In this document: positions 47,965-58,555 of the stretch, one piece after another
Layout: the number at the start of each line of letters is the position of its first letter
How positions within the stretch are numbered: position 1 is the stretch's first letter
Origin: Nitrospirota bacterium
GTDB taxonomy: Bacteria > Nitrospirota > Thermodesulfovibrionia > Thermodesulfovibrionales > Dissulfurispiraceae
Assembly: GCA_963710375.1 (NCBI GenBank)
Contig: CAVPZX010000002.1
Span: 288,001 to 352,000, forward strand
DNA: 64,000 nt
Direction of reading: 5' to 3'
Made by a program: the position numbers and the translations under genes
Notes under the pieces: generated by a model
Seen by the model: only the letters and a program-made list of their open reading frames with translations
What the model was told of the DNA's origin: nothing
Database searches by the model: none

Positions 47965-49320
47965 ATGGACGAACTCATTGTTATAGGCGGCGGACTTGCT
48001 GGGTGCGAGGCTGCTTGGCAGGCTGCACAGAGAGGCATACATGTCCTGCTCTTTGAGATGCGGCCCCAAAAGATGACTGAGGCGCATAAGACACCGCTCC
48101 TTGCTGAACTTGTCTGTTCCAATTCTTTCAGATCAAGGGAAATCAACACAGGTCCCGGACTTTTGAAAAAGGAGTTAGAGCTTGCAGGTTCACTTGTGAT
48201 GAGTGCGGCCCGGGCATCTGAGGTCCCGGCAGGGTCTGCCCTGGCTGTAAACAGGACTTTATTTGCCGGTTATATCAACGAAACGATGACAAATCACACG
48301 AATATCACCATCGTCAGGGAGGAAGTTACAAGGATTCCCGATTCGTTTGCTATTATGGCAACAGGCCCGCTTACTTCGGGTGCAATGGCCGATACTCTCA
48401 AGGAACTCATCGGAGAAGACCACCTCTTTTTTTATGATGCTATTGCGCCGATTGTTGATGCCGGCAGCATCGACTACTCAAAAGTATATCTTGCGTCACG
48501 TTACGGAAAAGGCGGAGATGATTATGTGAACTGCCCTATGTCGGAAGACGAATATGGCAGATTTTTCGATGCACTGCAAAATGCAGACAAGGTGCACAAA
48601 ATGGATTTTGAAGACACAAGGGTCTTTGAGGGGTGCATGCCGGTTGAGGTCATGGCGGAAAGGGGAAGGGACACTCTCAGGTTCGGACCGCTCAAACCGG
48701 TTGGACTGCCGGACCCGAAAACGGGCAGGATCCCATACGCGGTCGTACAACTTAGGGCTGAAAATTTGGAGAGGTCGGCATATAACATGGTCGGCTTTCA
48801 AACACGCCTGAAGTGGCAGGACCAGAAAAAAGTATTCACAATGGTTCCAGGCCTTGAGAACGCTGATTTTCTGCGGTTAGGGAGCATGCATCGGAACACG
48901 TTTATTAATTCTCCGCTGCACCTCAATGCCGACCTGTCGCTTAAAGAGAAAAGCAGCCTTTACTTTGCGGGACAAATCACAGGCGTTGAAGGCTACATTG
49001 AATCAACGGCAATGGGGCTGATCGCCGGCATCAATGCTTCGAGAAAAATGCTCGGCAAAGAAACAACTCAACCGCCGAGAGTTTCTGCTCACGGCTCGCT
49101 GATAGCACATATTACGGGTTCCGGGCCTCACCGCCAAAAGTCTGCGACATTTGGGGACACCGGTCCCAGCGGTTTTCAGCCCAGCAACATCAATTTCGGA
49201 CTTATTCCGGCGGTTACATATAAGCCTGAGATCAAGGATAAAAAGCTCCGGCGGCAAATGGCTGCTGAGGTTGCATTAAAAGAGTGGTCAGAGTATATTA
49301 ACCTAATAGGTAATGGGTGA
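47965..49320 (+). CDS. trmFO: tRNA m5U54 methyltransferase (FAD/folate-dependent)
   Basis: GGGLAGCEAA, AELVCSNS, FYDAIAP, FEGCMP and AGQITGVEGY motifs. Confidence 0.96.
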   Translation: MDELIVIGGGLAGCEAAWQAAQRGIHVLLFEMRPQKMTEAHKTPLLAELVCSNSFRSREINTGPGLLKKELELAGSLVMSAARASEVPAGSALAVNRTLFAGYINETMTNHTNITIVREEVTRIPDSFAIMATGPLTSGAMADTLKELIGEDHLFFYDAIAPIVDAGSIDYSKVYLASRYGKGGDDYVNCPMSEDEYGRFFDALQNADKVHKMDFEDTRVFEGCMPVEVMAERGRDTLRFGPLKPVGLPDPKTGRIPYAVVQLRAENLERSAYNMVGFQTRLKWQDQKKVFTMVPGLENADFLRLGSMHRNTFINSPLHLNADLSLKEKSSLYFAGQITGVEGYIESTAMGLIAGINASRKMLGKETTQPPRVSAHGSLIAHITGSGPHRQKSATFGDTGPSGFQPSNINFGLIPAVTYKPEIKDKKLRRQMAAEVALKEWSEYINLIGNG

Positions 49321-50240
49321 TGGCCGCCGAAGGATTGGAACCGTATATAAGGAAATTTCTCAAATACCTCAAGTTGGAACGCGGCGCGTCCGAGCATACA
49401 CTTAGAGCGTATGAACAGGATTTGGTAGAGTTCAGCCAGTACTGCGCAGAGGACCCGCAGGAGGTAGATATGATCGACATCAGGGGCTTCATTTCAGAAC
49501 GTATCATGGGCGGCAATGAAAAATCCACTGTTGCACGGAAACTTGCAACACTCAGATCGTTTTTCAACTATCTATACCAGGAAGGGCATGTCAAGATAAA
49601 TCAGGCCAAACTTGTGCCCACGCCGAAACTGCCCAAGCACCTGCCCAACTACCTGTCTGTCGATGACGCGTTCAACCTCGTACAGGCCCCCGAGGGCATC
49701 GGCCTCCTTCCTGTCAGGGACAGGGCCATCCTTGAATTGCTCTACTCAAGCGGCCTGCGTGTCAGCGAAGTGTCCGGCCTGACTGTCGATGACATAAACC
49801 TGAGAGATGGTCTTGTCAAGGCACGCGGTAAAGGGAAAAAAGAACGGATTGTGCCGGTCGGAGATAAAGCCGTGGATGCGCTGAAATCTTATTTTGTCGA
49901 GCGGATGCTTTTTAAAAAAAAGAGGTCCGCTGCACGGAGCGACGCGGCCTTTTTCCTGAATCGAATCGGCGGACGGCTTACCGACCGTCAGATACGGCGA
50001 ATAGTAGTGAAACATGCCCGCGCAATGGGAATCGACGGACAGATAGGCCCTCACACTCTGCGGCATACCTTTGCTACTCACCTGCTGATAGGCGGGGCCG
50101 ATCTCCGCTCAATCCAGGAAATGCTCGGCCATTCATCTCTCTCTACAACTCAAAAGTACACACATCTCAATATCGGACATTTAATCGATGTCTATGATAA
50201 AGCGCATCCATTCGGAAATACAAAAAACAGTGAAACGTGA
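49317..50240 (+). CDS. xerC: Tyrosine recombinase XerC
   Basis: ELLYSSGLRVSE, GKGKKER, HTLRHTFATH and LGH...TTQKYT motifs; trmFO-xerC-hslVU synteny. Confidence 0.9.
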   Translation: MMAAEGLEPYIRKFLKYLKLERGASEHTLRAYEQDLVEFSQYCAEDPQEVDMIDIRGFISERIMGGNEKSTVARKLATLRSFFNYLYQEGHVKINQAKLVPTPKLPKHLPNYLSVDDAFNLVQAPEGIGLLPVRDRAILELLYSSGLRVSEVSGLTVDDINLRDGLVKARGKGKKERIVPVGDKAVDALKSYFVERMLFKKKRSAARSDAAFFLNRIGGRLTDRQIRRIVVKHARAMGIDGQIGPHTLRHTFATHLLIGGADLRSIQEMLGHSSLSTTQKYTHLNIGHLIDVYDKAHPFGNTKNSET

Positions 50241-50324
50241 AAAGTGAATAGTGAAACGCGGAGAATATAGAGAATATTTTCTTTTTTTCTATTCACATTT
50301 CACCATTCACTTTTCACTATTCAT
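50230..50324. repeat. Inverted pair of heptamer tandem arrays (GTGAANN x4 / NNTTCAC x5)
   Basis: GTGAAAC GTGAAAA GTGAATA GTGAAAC ... TATTCAC ATTTCAC CATTCAC TTTTCAC TATTCAT. Confidence 0.85.
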
Positions 50325-50340
50325 TTTTTAGGGAGGATTT

Positions 50341-50874
50341 ATGTTTCACGGAACAACGATTTTATGTGTAAGGAGAAACAATAACGTTGCCATCGCAAGT
50401 GACGGTCAGGTGACGATGGGCAACACAGTTTTGAAACATAATGCCAGAAAAATAAGAAAAATGTATAATGATAAAATTCTGGCCGGGTTTGCCGGTGCGA
50501 CCGCAGACGCCTTTACGCTTTTTGAGAGGTTCGAGGCAAAGATCGAGTCATACCGGGGGAACATAGCAAGGGCCGCAGTTGAACTCGCAAAAGATTGGAG
50601 AACTGACAAAATACTGCGAAGGCTTGAGGCGCTGCTCCTCGTGGCAGATGAAGAACATACCTTAATCATCTCCGGCACGGGCGACGTAATCGAGCCCGAG
50701 GGAGGAGTAGCAGCAATAGGCTCGGGTGGTCCTTTCGGCCAGGCTGCTGCGCGGGCGCTTTATGAAAACACCAGCCTCTCTGCTGCCGAGATAACGCGGA
50801 AAGCAATGGATATAGCTGCGGATATTTGTATCTATACCAACAAAAATATTTCAATCGAGGAACTCAATGGATAA
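50341..50874 (+). CDS. hslV: ATP-dependent protease subunit HslV
   Basis: TTIL...DGQVT.G, GFAG.TADA and CIYTN motifs. Confidence 0.97.
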   Translation: MFHGTTILCVRRNNNVAIASDGQVTMGNTVLKHNARKIRKMYNDKILAGFAGATADAFTLFERFEAKIESYRGNIARAAVELAKDWRTDKILRRLEALLLVADEEHTLIISGTGDVIEPEGGVAAIGSGGPFGQAAARALYENTSLSAAEITRKAMDIAADICIYTNKNISIEELNG

Positions 50875-52210
50875 TTTCATACCCAGAACAATAGTTTCCG
50901 AACTGGACAAATACATCATCGGGCAGGACAAGGCAAAGAGGTCGGTAGCCATCGCACTGCGGAACAGATGGAGAAGGCAGCGTCTTTCGGCTGAACTCCG
51001 GGATGAGGTGCTGCCCAAAAATATAATTATGATAGGCCCTACAGGCGTGGGCAAAACAGAAATAGCACGGAGACTCGCCCGGCTTGCCAGTGCGCCATTC
51101 CTCAAAATAGAGGCATCAAAGTTTACTGAGGTAGGGTATGTAGGCCGCGATGTGGAATCTATCATTAGGGACCTTCTGGAAATTGCGCTCAATATGGTAA
51201 AGACCGAACACATGTCAACAGTGCAGGAAAAGGCCAAGATGCTTGCTGAAGACAGGTTACTTGACCTCCTTCTTCCGCCACCGAGAGCGCCACGCGGGAC
51301 CGCCCCTGAGGAGGAGGAAAAAGAAAGCCATAATGAAACACGCGAGCGCCTGAGGGTCCAGCTTAAAGAGGGCAAACTGGATTCCCGGTACGTGGATGTT
51401 GATGTAAAGGAAAAGATGATGCCATTCGGGGTCATATCCAATGTTGGACTTGAAGAGCTGGAGATCAACTTGAAGGAGATGCTCGGCAGCTTTCTCCCTG
51501 AAAAGTCAAAACGGAAAAAGGTCAAGGTCTCTGAGGCACTGGCAATGCTTATCCAGGAGGAGGCTAATAAGCTTATTGATATGGAAAAGGTCACAGCGGA
51601 AGCGCGCGAGCGTACAGAACAGACAGGGATTGTTTTCCTTGACGAGATAGATAAGATAGCAAGCAGGTCACAGGGGCACGGCGGACCCGAAGTATCGAGA
51701 GAAGGCGTCCAGAGAGACCTGCTGCCCGTTGTCGAGGGCTCAACAATCAATACCAAACATGGTCCTGTAAAGACCGATCATATTCTTTTCATTGCTGCCG
51801 GCGCTTTTCACATCGCCAAGCCGTCGGATCTAATACCGGAACTGCAGGGGAGATTTCCCATAAGAGTCGAACTGGAATCGCTTGGTAAAGAGGAGTTTGT
51901 CAGGATACTTACGGAACCGCATAACGCACTAACCAAGCAATACACGGCTCTTCTTGAAACAGAAGGTGTAACACTTGAATTCAGGGACACCGCAATCGAC
52001 GAGATTGCGAATATAGCTGTGCTGGTGAATGAAAAGACCGAGAACATCGGCGCCAGAAGGCTCCATACGGTGCTCGAAAAGGTGCTGGAGGAGGTGTCGT
52101 TCAGCGCCCCTGAGATTAAAGGAGAAACCATCATAATCGATAAACAATATGTGGAGAAAAGGTTGTCGGATGTGGTCAAAGACGAAGACCTCAGCAGGTA
52201 TATCTTATAA
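50867..52210 (+). CDS. hslU: ATP-dependent protease ATPase HslU
   Basis: [34 protein letters not shown] and DLSRYIL motifs. Confidence 0.98.
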   Translation: MDNFIPRTIVSELDKYIIGQDKAKRSVAIALRNRWRRQRLSAELRDEVLPKNIIMIGPTGVGKTEIARRLARLASAPFLKIEASKFTEVGYVGRDVESIIRDLLEIALNMVKTEHMSTVQEKAKMLAEDRLLDLLLPPPRAPRGTAPEEEEKESHNETRERLRVQLKEGKLDSRYVDVDVKEKMMPFGVISNVGLEELEINLKEMLGSFLPEKSKRKKVKVSEALAMLIQEEANKLIDMEKVTAEARERTEQTGIVFLDEIDKIASRSQGHGGPEVSREGVQRDLLPVVEGSTINTKHGPVKTDHILFIAAGAFHIAKPSDLIPELQGRFPIRVELESLGKEEFVRILTEPHNALTKQYTALLETEGVTLEFRDTAIDEIANIAVLVNEKTENIGARRLHTVLEKVLEEVSFSAPEIKGETIIIDKQYVEKRLSDVVKDEDLSRYIL

Positions 52211-52218
52211 CAATAAAG

Positions 52219-52308
52219 GAAGATGTGAAGATGAGAAGATGTGAAGTTGTGAAGGCGTATAACAGGGCCTTAAGTGCTCAACTTCTCAACTTCTCAACTT
52301 CTCAACTT
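52219..52308. repeat. Inverted pair of octamer tandem arrays (GAAGWTGW x4 / CTCAACTT x4)
   Basis: GAAGATGT-type x4 at 52219-52250; four perfect CTCAACTT at 52277-52308. Confidence 0.9.
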
Positions 52309-53049
52309 CACGCCTTCGCATTTTCTATCCTGAGTCGTCTGTGGTTCATTGCATTATTTGGGTTGATTGCCTCCTGTGCAGGAAGGACTGCCGTCTCACC
52401 GGGCACGCTGTCCTCAATGCCGGGGTATAAGCCCGCAGAAGCACACCAGCCTCCGGCATGGCAGGAGATGAAAGGCGGAAGGAGGACTATCGTGGCCTCC
52501 TGGTACGGTCCCGACTTTCACGGCAAGCCGACATCATCGGGAGAGTTATTCGACATGTATGCGCTGACCTGCGCACACAGGGAGTATCCTTTCGGGACGC
52601 GATTGCTTGTTACCAATCCGAGAAACAACAAAGAGGTGGAATGCATAGTCAATGACCGCGGACCCTTTGTTGCCGGGCGGGACCTTGATCTTTCGTATGC
52701 CGCAGCAAAGAAGATAGACCTCATAGGACCAGGGACAGCCCCAGTGATAATAGAGCCGGAAGGGAGAGACATGCGCTATGTCAAATACGTCAAATACGAC
52801 GTGCGCGGGCCTGTAGTCACCATCCAGATCGCATCTTTCAGGGACGAAGCGAATGCTAAGCGCCTGAAAAAGGCACTGGAACTGCAATACTCAAGCGTGT
52901 ATATAATGACAGCTGATATAGGTGGCGCTAAATATTACAGAGTGCGCATTGGCAAGTTCACTGCCGGGAGCAAAGCAGCTGAACTGGGCAAGACACTTGC
53001 CGATGAAGGGTACAATGTCCTAATAACCAAATTTGAACAACAGATATGA
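52225..53049 (+). CDS. rlpA: RlpA-family lipoprotein (lytic transglycosylase + SPOR domain)
   Basis: LIASC lipobox, ASWYG..FHG..T.SGE, VNDRGPF and DLSY.AA motifs, C-terminal SPOR; start uncertain. Confidence 0.92.
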   Translation: MKMRRCEVVKAYNRALSAQLLNFSTSQLHAFAFSILSRLWFIALFGLIASCAGRTAVSPGTLSSMPGYKPAEAHQPPAWQEMKGGRRTIVASWYGPDFHGKPTSSGELFDMYALTCAHREYPFGTRLLVTNPRNNKEVECIVNDRGPFVAGRDLDLSYAAAKKIDLIGPGTAPVIIEPEGRDMRYVKYVKYDVRGPVVTIQIASFRDEANAKRLKKALELQYSSVYIMTADIGGAKYYRVRIGKFTAGSKAAELGKTLADEGYNVLITKFEQQI

Positions 53050-53115
53050 CGGTTTCGTAAAAAGGCCATATGCGGCGTTGCGCGCCTTGCCTATAGCCTT
53101 TTTACGAAACCGTCA
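53047..53115. repeat. Short palindromic element (mini-MITE or terminator-like)
   Basis: Perfect 20-bp IR TGACGGTTTCGTAAAAAGGC / GCCTTTTTACGAAACCGTCA overlapping the rlpA stop. Confidence 0.8.
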
Positions 53116-53152
53116 GCTATCATATAAAGTTTAAAATGTAACGGAGTGTGTT

Positions 53153-54031
53153 ATGGAAAAGCTGATCGAAAAAGCGAACATCCTTATTGAAGCGTTACCG
53201 TTCATACGCAATTTCTACGGAAAGACCTTCGTGATCAAGTACGGCGGCGCTGCACAGGTTGAAGATGAACTAAAAAATAGTTTTGCCCAGGATATTGTGC
53301 TTATGAATTTCATCGGCATAAAACCCATTGTCGTTCATGGCGGCGGTCCCAGGATCAGCCAGACCATGAAAAAGATGGGTAAAGAGCCGTCATTTATTCA
53401 GGGACAGCGGGTCACTGACAAGGAGACCATGGACATCGTTGAAATGGTGCTGGGCGGCCTTATCAATAAGGAAATAGTCGCGCTTATCAACAGCCACGGA
53501 GGCAAGGCGGTCGGCTTGAGCGGTAAAGACGGCGGGCTGATCAAAGCGAAAAAGAAAATCCTCAAAAAGGCCGTCGATGCCGGAGAAGAAGAAATTATCG
53601 ATATAGGACTCGTGGGAGAGGTCGATTCCGTCGATCCAGCTATACTCGATTGCATTGAAAAGGGCGGCTTTGTTCCGGTCATATCACCTATTGGAGTAGG
53701 GAGCAAAGGAGAGGCGTTAAATATCAATGCCGATTACGTGGCATCCGCGATTGCTTCTTCTTTAAAGGCCGAAAAATTCATACTCCTTACCGATGTGCCT
53801 GGAATAAGCGACAAAAAAGGCGGTGTCATATCAACTATCAGCAAGAAGGAGATAAAAAAGCTCATTGACAACGGAACAATCTCAGGGGGTATGCTGCCGA
53901 AGGTGCAGGCATGCACCCGCGCCATTGATGCCGGGGTGAACAAGACGCATATTGTTGACGGCAGAATGCCCCATTGTCTGCTCCTTGAGATATTCACCAA
54001 AGAAGGAATCGGAACAGAAATCGTAGGCTAG
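53153..54031 (+). CDS. argB: Acetylglutamate kinase
   Basis: VIKYGG, VHGGGP.I, NINAD and GGMLPKV motifs. Confidence 0.96.
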   Translation: MEKLIEKANILIEALPFIRNFYGKTFVIKYGGAAQVEDELKNSFAQDIVLMNFIGIKPIVVHGGGPRISQTMKKMGKEPSFIQGQRVTDKETMDIVEMVLGGLINKEIVALINSHGGKAVGLSGKDGGLIKAKKKILKKAVDAGEEEIIDIGLVGEVDSVDPAILDCIEKGGFVPVISPIGVGSKGEALNINADYVASAIASSLKAEKFILLTDVPGISDKKGGVISTISKKEIKKLIDNGTISGGMLPKVQACTRAIDAGVNKTHIVDGRMPHCLLLEIFTKEGIGTEIVG

Positions 54032-54047
54032 GAAAACGTCTTGCGAA

Positions 54048-54914
54048 TCAGAAAAGATCTCTAACTGCCCTCAAATTCCGGACATCGTCATCTTCGTTTT
54101 CCTTGGGCGTTTCAAGGATGAGCGGGATTGATTTTAAAGCGGGATGATTTAAAAACCTTTTAAGTCCCTCCTTACCAATACGCCCCTCTCCGATGTGTTC
54201 ATGCCTGTCAACTTTAGAATTATAATCTTTTTTGGAATCGTTGAAATGGATAACTTTTACTGCGTCAATGCTTGCATGCGTTTCTAATTCCTTCACTAAT
54301 TCTGCCAAACCGTCGTTGTCTGATAAATTGTAGCCTGCGGCAAAAGCGTGACAGGTATCAATACAAAGTCCGCCGATGAGTCCCTTATTTACACTTTCCA
54401 TAATATAAGCAAGATCTCTGATGCGCGATGATATATCACCCTTTTCCCCGGCAGTATTCTCGAGCAGGAGCTTGGCCTTCCACTTTTTTTCTTTCGAAAT
54501 CCTTTCGAGTGCCTGAATAGCCCTTATCCGTGCATTGTCCTCCTTGTCCAGTGAAGCGCTGCCTGTATGAAGCACTACATAATCTGCGCCTAATGAGTCT
54601 GCCAGGTCTATCTCTTTTGCCAGAAGACGGCTCGACTTTTCGAGCAGGCTGTTGTCGAGAGCAGCAAGGTTTATCAGGTAGGAACAGTGTATGAAAACCG
54701 GATTTATATCGTAATCGTTTCTCAATTGCTTGAATTTTCCAATCGAATCCTGCGGTATTTCACTGGTGAGCCATTGTCTCGGGTTGTGAGAAAAAATCTG
54801 CATGGTTGAGCAGCCAAGCTCCCTGGCCCGTTCAAGTGACAAATGGACACCGCCCGCTACCGAGGTGTGAACCCCAAGCCGTCTTTCCCTGACAATATTC
54901 CCGTTTCTTGACAC
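54048..54914 (-). CDS. nfo: Endonuclease IV
   Basis: G.HTS.AGG, QIFSHNP, H.SYLINL, ENTAG, DTCH, NDSK...DRH and LETP motifs. Confidence 0.95.
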   Translation of the reverse strand: MSRNGNIVRERRLGVHTSVAGGVHLSLERARELGCSTMQIFSHNPRQWLTSEIPQDSIGKFKQLRNDYDINPVFIHCSYLINLAALDNSLLEKSSRLLAKEIDLADSLGADYVVLHTGSASLDKEDNARIRAIQALERISKEKKWKAKLLLENTAGEKGDISSRIRDLAYIMESVNKGLIGGLCIDTCHAFAAGYNLSDNDGLAELVKELETHASIDAVKVIHFNDSKKDYNSKVDRHEHIGEGRIGKEGLKRFLNHPALKSIPLILETPKENEDDDVRNLRAVRDLF

Positions 54915-54944
54915 TAAACACCTTTTAGTGGTAGTTTTTATTTC

Positions 54945-57725
54945 ATGCCCATTGACTACAAAGATACTCTTAATTTACCACAGACCGGCTTTCCCATGAA
55001 GGCTAACCTCAGCCTGAGAGAGCCTGAGATGCTGAAGTTCTGGGAAGAGACAGCTATCTACCGGAAGATCCAAGAGCAAAATTCCGGAAACGAGAGCTAT
55101 ATACTTCACGACGGTCCTCCCTACGCCAACGGCAATATACATATAGGCCATGCACTGAACAAAATTCTCAAAGATATTATCGTTAAATATAAATCGATGC
55201 AGGGTTTTTACGCTCCCTATGTCCCGGGCTGGGACTGTCACGGCCTTCCGATAGAGCTGCAGGTTGACAGGAACATGGGAGACAAAAAAGATCAGGTCAG
55301 CGTCCTCAAAAAGAGGCAGCTTTGCAGGGAATATGCAGCCGGATTTGTCGCCGTACAGAAGGAAGAGTTCAAGAGGCTCGGTGTTTTCGGCGACTGGGAG
55401 AGGCCGTATCTGACATTGTCCAATGATTACGAGGCGTCTATCGTAAGAGAATTCTTCAAATTCGTCGAAAACGGCTCGGTCTACAAAGGGAAAAAGCCCG
55501 TCCATTGGTGTCCCTCCTGTATCACAGCCCTCGCAGAAGCGGAAGTGGAATATGCGGAAAAAGAATCACCTTCGGTCTTTGTGCGTTTCAGGATATTAGA
55601 CGAGGACATTAAAAGTGCGTTGCCTCAGTTGACAGGCAGGAATGCATTCATAGTGATATGGACGACAACACCCTGGACACTACCTGCAAATCTTGCCCTC
55701 GCAGTCCATCCAGATCTCCTCTATGCTGCCGTGCTGGATGGAGAAGACGTAAACATAGTGGCTGACGAGAATCTCGCAGGGCTCAGGGAAAAGGGCATTA
55801 TAAAAGGCGATGTGATTTTAAACATCCGCGGCAGTTCATTACAGGGAATACGCACAAAACATCCCTTTATTGAGAGGGAGTCAACAATTGTAACGGCTGA
55901 CTTTGTCACGGTCGGCGAGGGCACCGGGATTGTCCATATTGCTCCGGGCCACGGCGAAGATGACTATGAAGTCGGACTCAGATATGGCCTCGATATATAC
56001 GCACCGGTGGACGACAGGGGCAAGTTCACCAAACAGGTCCCCGAATTCGAGGGGCAGTTCGTCTTTAAGGCTAATAAAGGGATCATAGAATTACTTAAAG
56101 AGAAAGAGGCCCTTCTGGGCATGGAGAAGATACGGCATTCCTACCCCCATTGCTGGAGATGTAAAAACCCTGTCATATTCAGGGCAACGGCACAATGGTT
56201 CATATCAATGGAGAAAAGAGATCTAAGAAAGAAGAGCCTTGTAGAGATAGATAAAACCATGTGGGTGCCCTCGTGGGGCAGGGACAGAATTTATGGGATG
56301 GTCTCCGGCAGGCCGGACTGGTGCATTTCCCGGCAGCGGGCATGGGGAGTTCCAATAACATTGATAACGTGTGATGAATGCGGCGCCTTTGTTCAGGACG
56401 CAGGGCTGTTCTCCGGAATCGTGTCGCTATTCGAACAGCACGGCTCTGACGTATGGTTTACGCAGGACACAACAGAACTTCTCGGGGCAGGCTATGCCTG
56501 TGCACGGTGCGGAAGCACCGCCTTCAAAAAGGAAATGGATATTCTCGATGTATGGTTCGACTCCGGAGTGAGTCACGCTGCCGTACTCGAACGCGACAGC
56601 AGGCTCTCATGGCCCGCTGAGATATACCTGGAAGGGAGCGACCAGCACCGCGGGTGGTTTCAAAGCTCCCTCCTTGCATCGGTTGGAACACGACATCGGG
56701 CGCCGTATCGGACCGTCCTCACTCATGGATTCACTGTTGACGGCCAGGGGAAAAAGATGTCGAAGTCACTCGGCAATGTCATAGCGCCACAGGAAATAAT
56801 TAAAGCGAACGGCGCAGAGATTATACGCCTGTGGGTTTCAGCAGAAAACTATCAGGATGATATACGGCTCTCAAAAGAGATCATCGACAGACTGACCGAG
56901 GCATACAGAAAGATAAGAAACACCGGCCGTTTCCTCCTCGGCACGATCCATGATTTCGACGAAAAAAATTATATCGATAATCTGCTGGAGATCGACAGGT
57001 GGGCGCTGTCAAGATTGCAGGGACTCATAAAGAAAATGACCGCGGCATATGATGCGTTTGACTTCCATGAGGCGTTCCATTTGCTCTACCAGTTCTGCAT
57101 CGTTGATATGAGTTCATTTTATCTCGATATTTTAAAAGACCGCCTATACACATTCAGGGCGGATTCACCTGAGCGGCGCGCAGCGCAATGGGTATTGCAC
57201 AGGATACTGCTCGACATGACACGCCTCATGGCGCCGGTGCTTTCATTTACTGCGGAAGAACTCTGGAGTTATATACCGGGTCGTTCAGCGGAGAGCGTTT
57301 TCCTCTCCGGGTTTCCTGTACCTGAGGAATCTTTTGCCGATGAAGCTCTGGAGAAAAGATGGGACATCCTTATTGCAGTAAGGAACGAAGCGAATAAGGC
57401 TCTCGAAATAAAAAGGAAGGACAAATTTATCGGCAATGCACTTGAAGCAAAGCTTGTGCTTTACGCGCCTGAGGATCTTTATCGGCTTTTGCAGGATTAC
57501 ATGGACTTTCTGCCCTCACTTTTTATTGTTTCGGACGTCGAACTGCTGCGACCGGATTCCGTGACAACTGATACTTATGAAAGCACTGAGATGAACGGTC
57601 TTTTCATCAAGGTCGAAAGAGCGACCGGCAGGAAGTGTGCGAGGTGCTGGAACTGGAGGCCCACGGTCGGAAACTTTGAAGAACATCCACTGATATGTGA
57701 ACAGTGCTTTAATGCCATAAAATGA
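54945..57725 (+). CDS. ileS: Isoleucyl-tRNA synthetase
   Basis: HDGPPYANG.IHIGH, WTTTPWT and KMSKS motifs, C-terminal zinc finger. Confidence 0.98.
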   Translation: MPIDYKDTLNLPQTGFPMKANLSLREPEMLKFWEETAIYRKIQEQNSGNESYILHDGPPYANGNIHIGHALNKILKDIIVKYKSMQGFYAPYVPGWDCHGLPIELQVDRNMGDKKDQVSVLKKRQLCREYAAGFVAVQKEEFKRLGVFGDWERPYLTLSNDYEASIVREFFKFVENGSVYKGKKPVHWCPSCITALAEAEVEYAEKESPSVFVRFRILDEDIKSALPQLTGRNAFIVIWTTTPWTLPANLALAVHPDLLYAAVLDGEDVNIVADENLAGLREKGIIKGDVILNIRGSSLQGIRTKHPFIERESTIVTADFVTVGEGTGIVHIAPGHGEDDYEVGLRYGLDIYAPVDDRGKFTKQVPEFEGQFVFKANKGIIELLKEKEALLGMEKIRHSYPHCWRCKNPVIFRATAQWFISMEKRDLRKKSLVEIDKTMWVPSWGRDRIYGMVSGRPDWCISRQRAWGVPITLITCDECGAFVQDAGLFSGIVSLFEQHGSDVWFTQDTTELLGAGYACARCGSTAFKKEMDILDVWFDSGVSHAAVLERDSRLSWPAEIYLEGSDQHRGWFQSSLLASVGTRHRAPYRTVLTHGFTVDGQGKKMSKSLGNVIAPQEIIKANGAEIIRLWVSAENYQDDIRLSKEIIDRLTEAYRKIRNTGRFLLGTIHDFDEKNYIDNLLEIDRWALSRLQGLIKKMTAAYDAFDFHEAFHLLYQFCIVDMSSFYLDILKDRLYTFRADSPERRAAQWVLHRILLDMTRLMAPVLSFTAEELWSYIPGRSAESVFLSGFPVPEESFADEALEKRWDILIAVRNEANKALEIKRKDKFIGNALEAKLVLYAPEDLYRLLQDYMDFLPSLFIVSDVELLRPDSVTTDTYESTEMNGLFIKVERATGRKCARCWNWRPTVGNFEEHPLICEQCFNAIK

Positions 57726-58177
57726 AGAAATATCCCGTCACCTTTTTTTCTGTCTCAGTCTGCATTTTTGCCCTGGACCAGCTGACGAAATATTATATAA
57801 AGACCCATGTAGGTCTTTTTGACGTTATACGGGTTACATCTTTTTTCAATATTGTTTACGTCCTCAATACTGGCTCTGCATTCGGGATGTTCAAGAGTCT
57901 TGGCAACTTATTTTTTATATTTATCACGCTGTCGGCAATGGCATTACTCATCTTCCTCGTTATCAAAGACAGCCGTAACAGGTTTCCTTTTGCTCTCATA
58001 TTAGGCGGCGCCGCCGGGAATCTCGCTGATAGAATTACCTCCGGGCATGTAGTCGACTTCCTGGATTTTTATGCAGGAAGCCATCACTGGCCGTCTTTTA
58101 ATGTTGCCGATTCAGCTCTCACTATCGGCATATCGCTGCTGATCATTAAAACAGTATTTGAAAAGAAGACCTCTTAG
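57722..58177 (+). CDS. lspA: Lipoprotein signal peptidase
   Basis: DQLTK, NTGSAFG, GNL.DR, VVDF and FNVAD motifs. Confidence 0.96.
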   Translation: MKKYPVTFFSVSVCIFALDQLTKYYIKTHVGLFDVIRVTSFFNIVYVLNTGSAFGMFKSLGNLFFIFITLSAMALLIFLVIKDSRNRFPFALILGGAAGNLADRITSGHVVDFLDFYAGSHHWPSFNVADSALTIGISLLIIKTVFEKKTS

Positions 58178-58207
58178 GGTTCGCGTGGATTTTGCGGAAG
58201 AAATGGC

Positions 58208-58555
58208 TTATTCCAAGTCGCTGAGCATCAGAGAAACAGTTTTTTCCAGGGGTTCCAGGTCATCCGTAATTGTTAACCACACCGCTTCGGCATCAACACC
58301 GAAATATTCGTGTGAAACGATGTCTCTCATGCCGGCAACATCTCTCCACTGCATGTCATGATAACGGTCTCTGACATCCTGTGGAATGTGCTTCGCTGCC
58401 TCGCCTATGTTCTCAATGGCCTTCAGGACGGCATACATTGTCTTTGTGTCCGCTAAAAAAGCTTCCTTTTTCACGCCGTGCACAAATTCCCTGATATTAG
58501 CGATCTCTTGCATCATGTCGTGCAGATAATCTCTTAATTCCCTCTCGTCAGACAT
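58208..58555 (-). CDS. HepT/DUF86 HEPN RNase toxin
   Basis: IGEAAK.IP and [16 protein letters not shown] (R-X4-H) motifs. Confidence 0.9.
   Translation of the reverse strand: MSDERELRDYLHDMMQEIANIREFVHGVKKEAFLADTKTMYAVLKAIENIGEAAKHIPQDVRDRYHDMQWRDVAGMRDIVSHEYFGVDAEAVWLTITDDLEPLEKTVSLMLSDLE

Noticed and set aside
49317..50240. xerC as the integrase of the tRNA-Glu islet
   Set aside because: It lies in the housekeeping trmFO-xerC-hslVU context, 36 kb away
50851..51756. 301-aa minus-strand ORF and similar Ser-rich antisense ORFs over hisG, acsB, the MCP and pdhC
   Set aside because: Antisense shadows of well-supported genes
50230..52308. Short repeats as a CRISPR array
   Set aside because: Units are 7-8 nt in tandem with no spacers, and there are no cas genes
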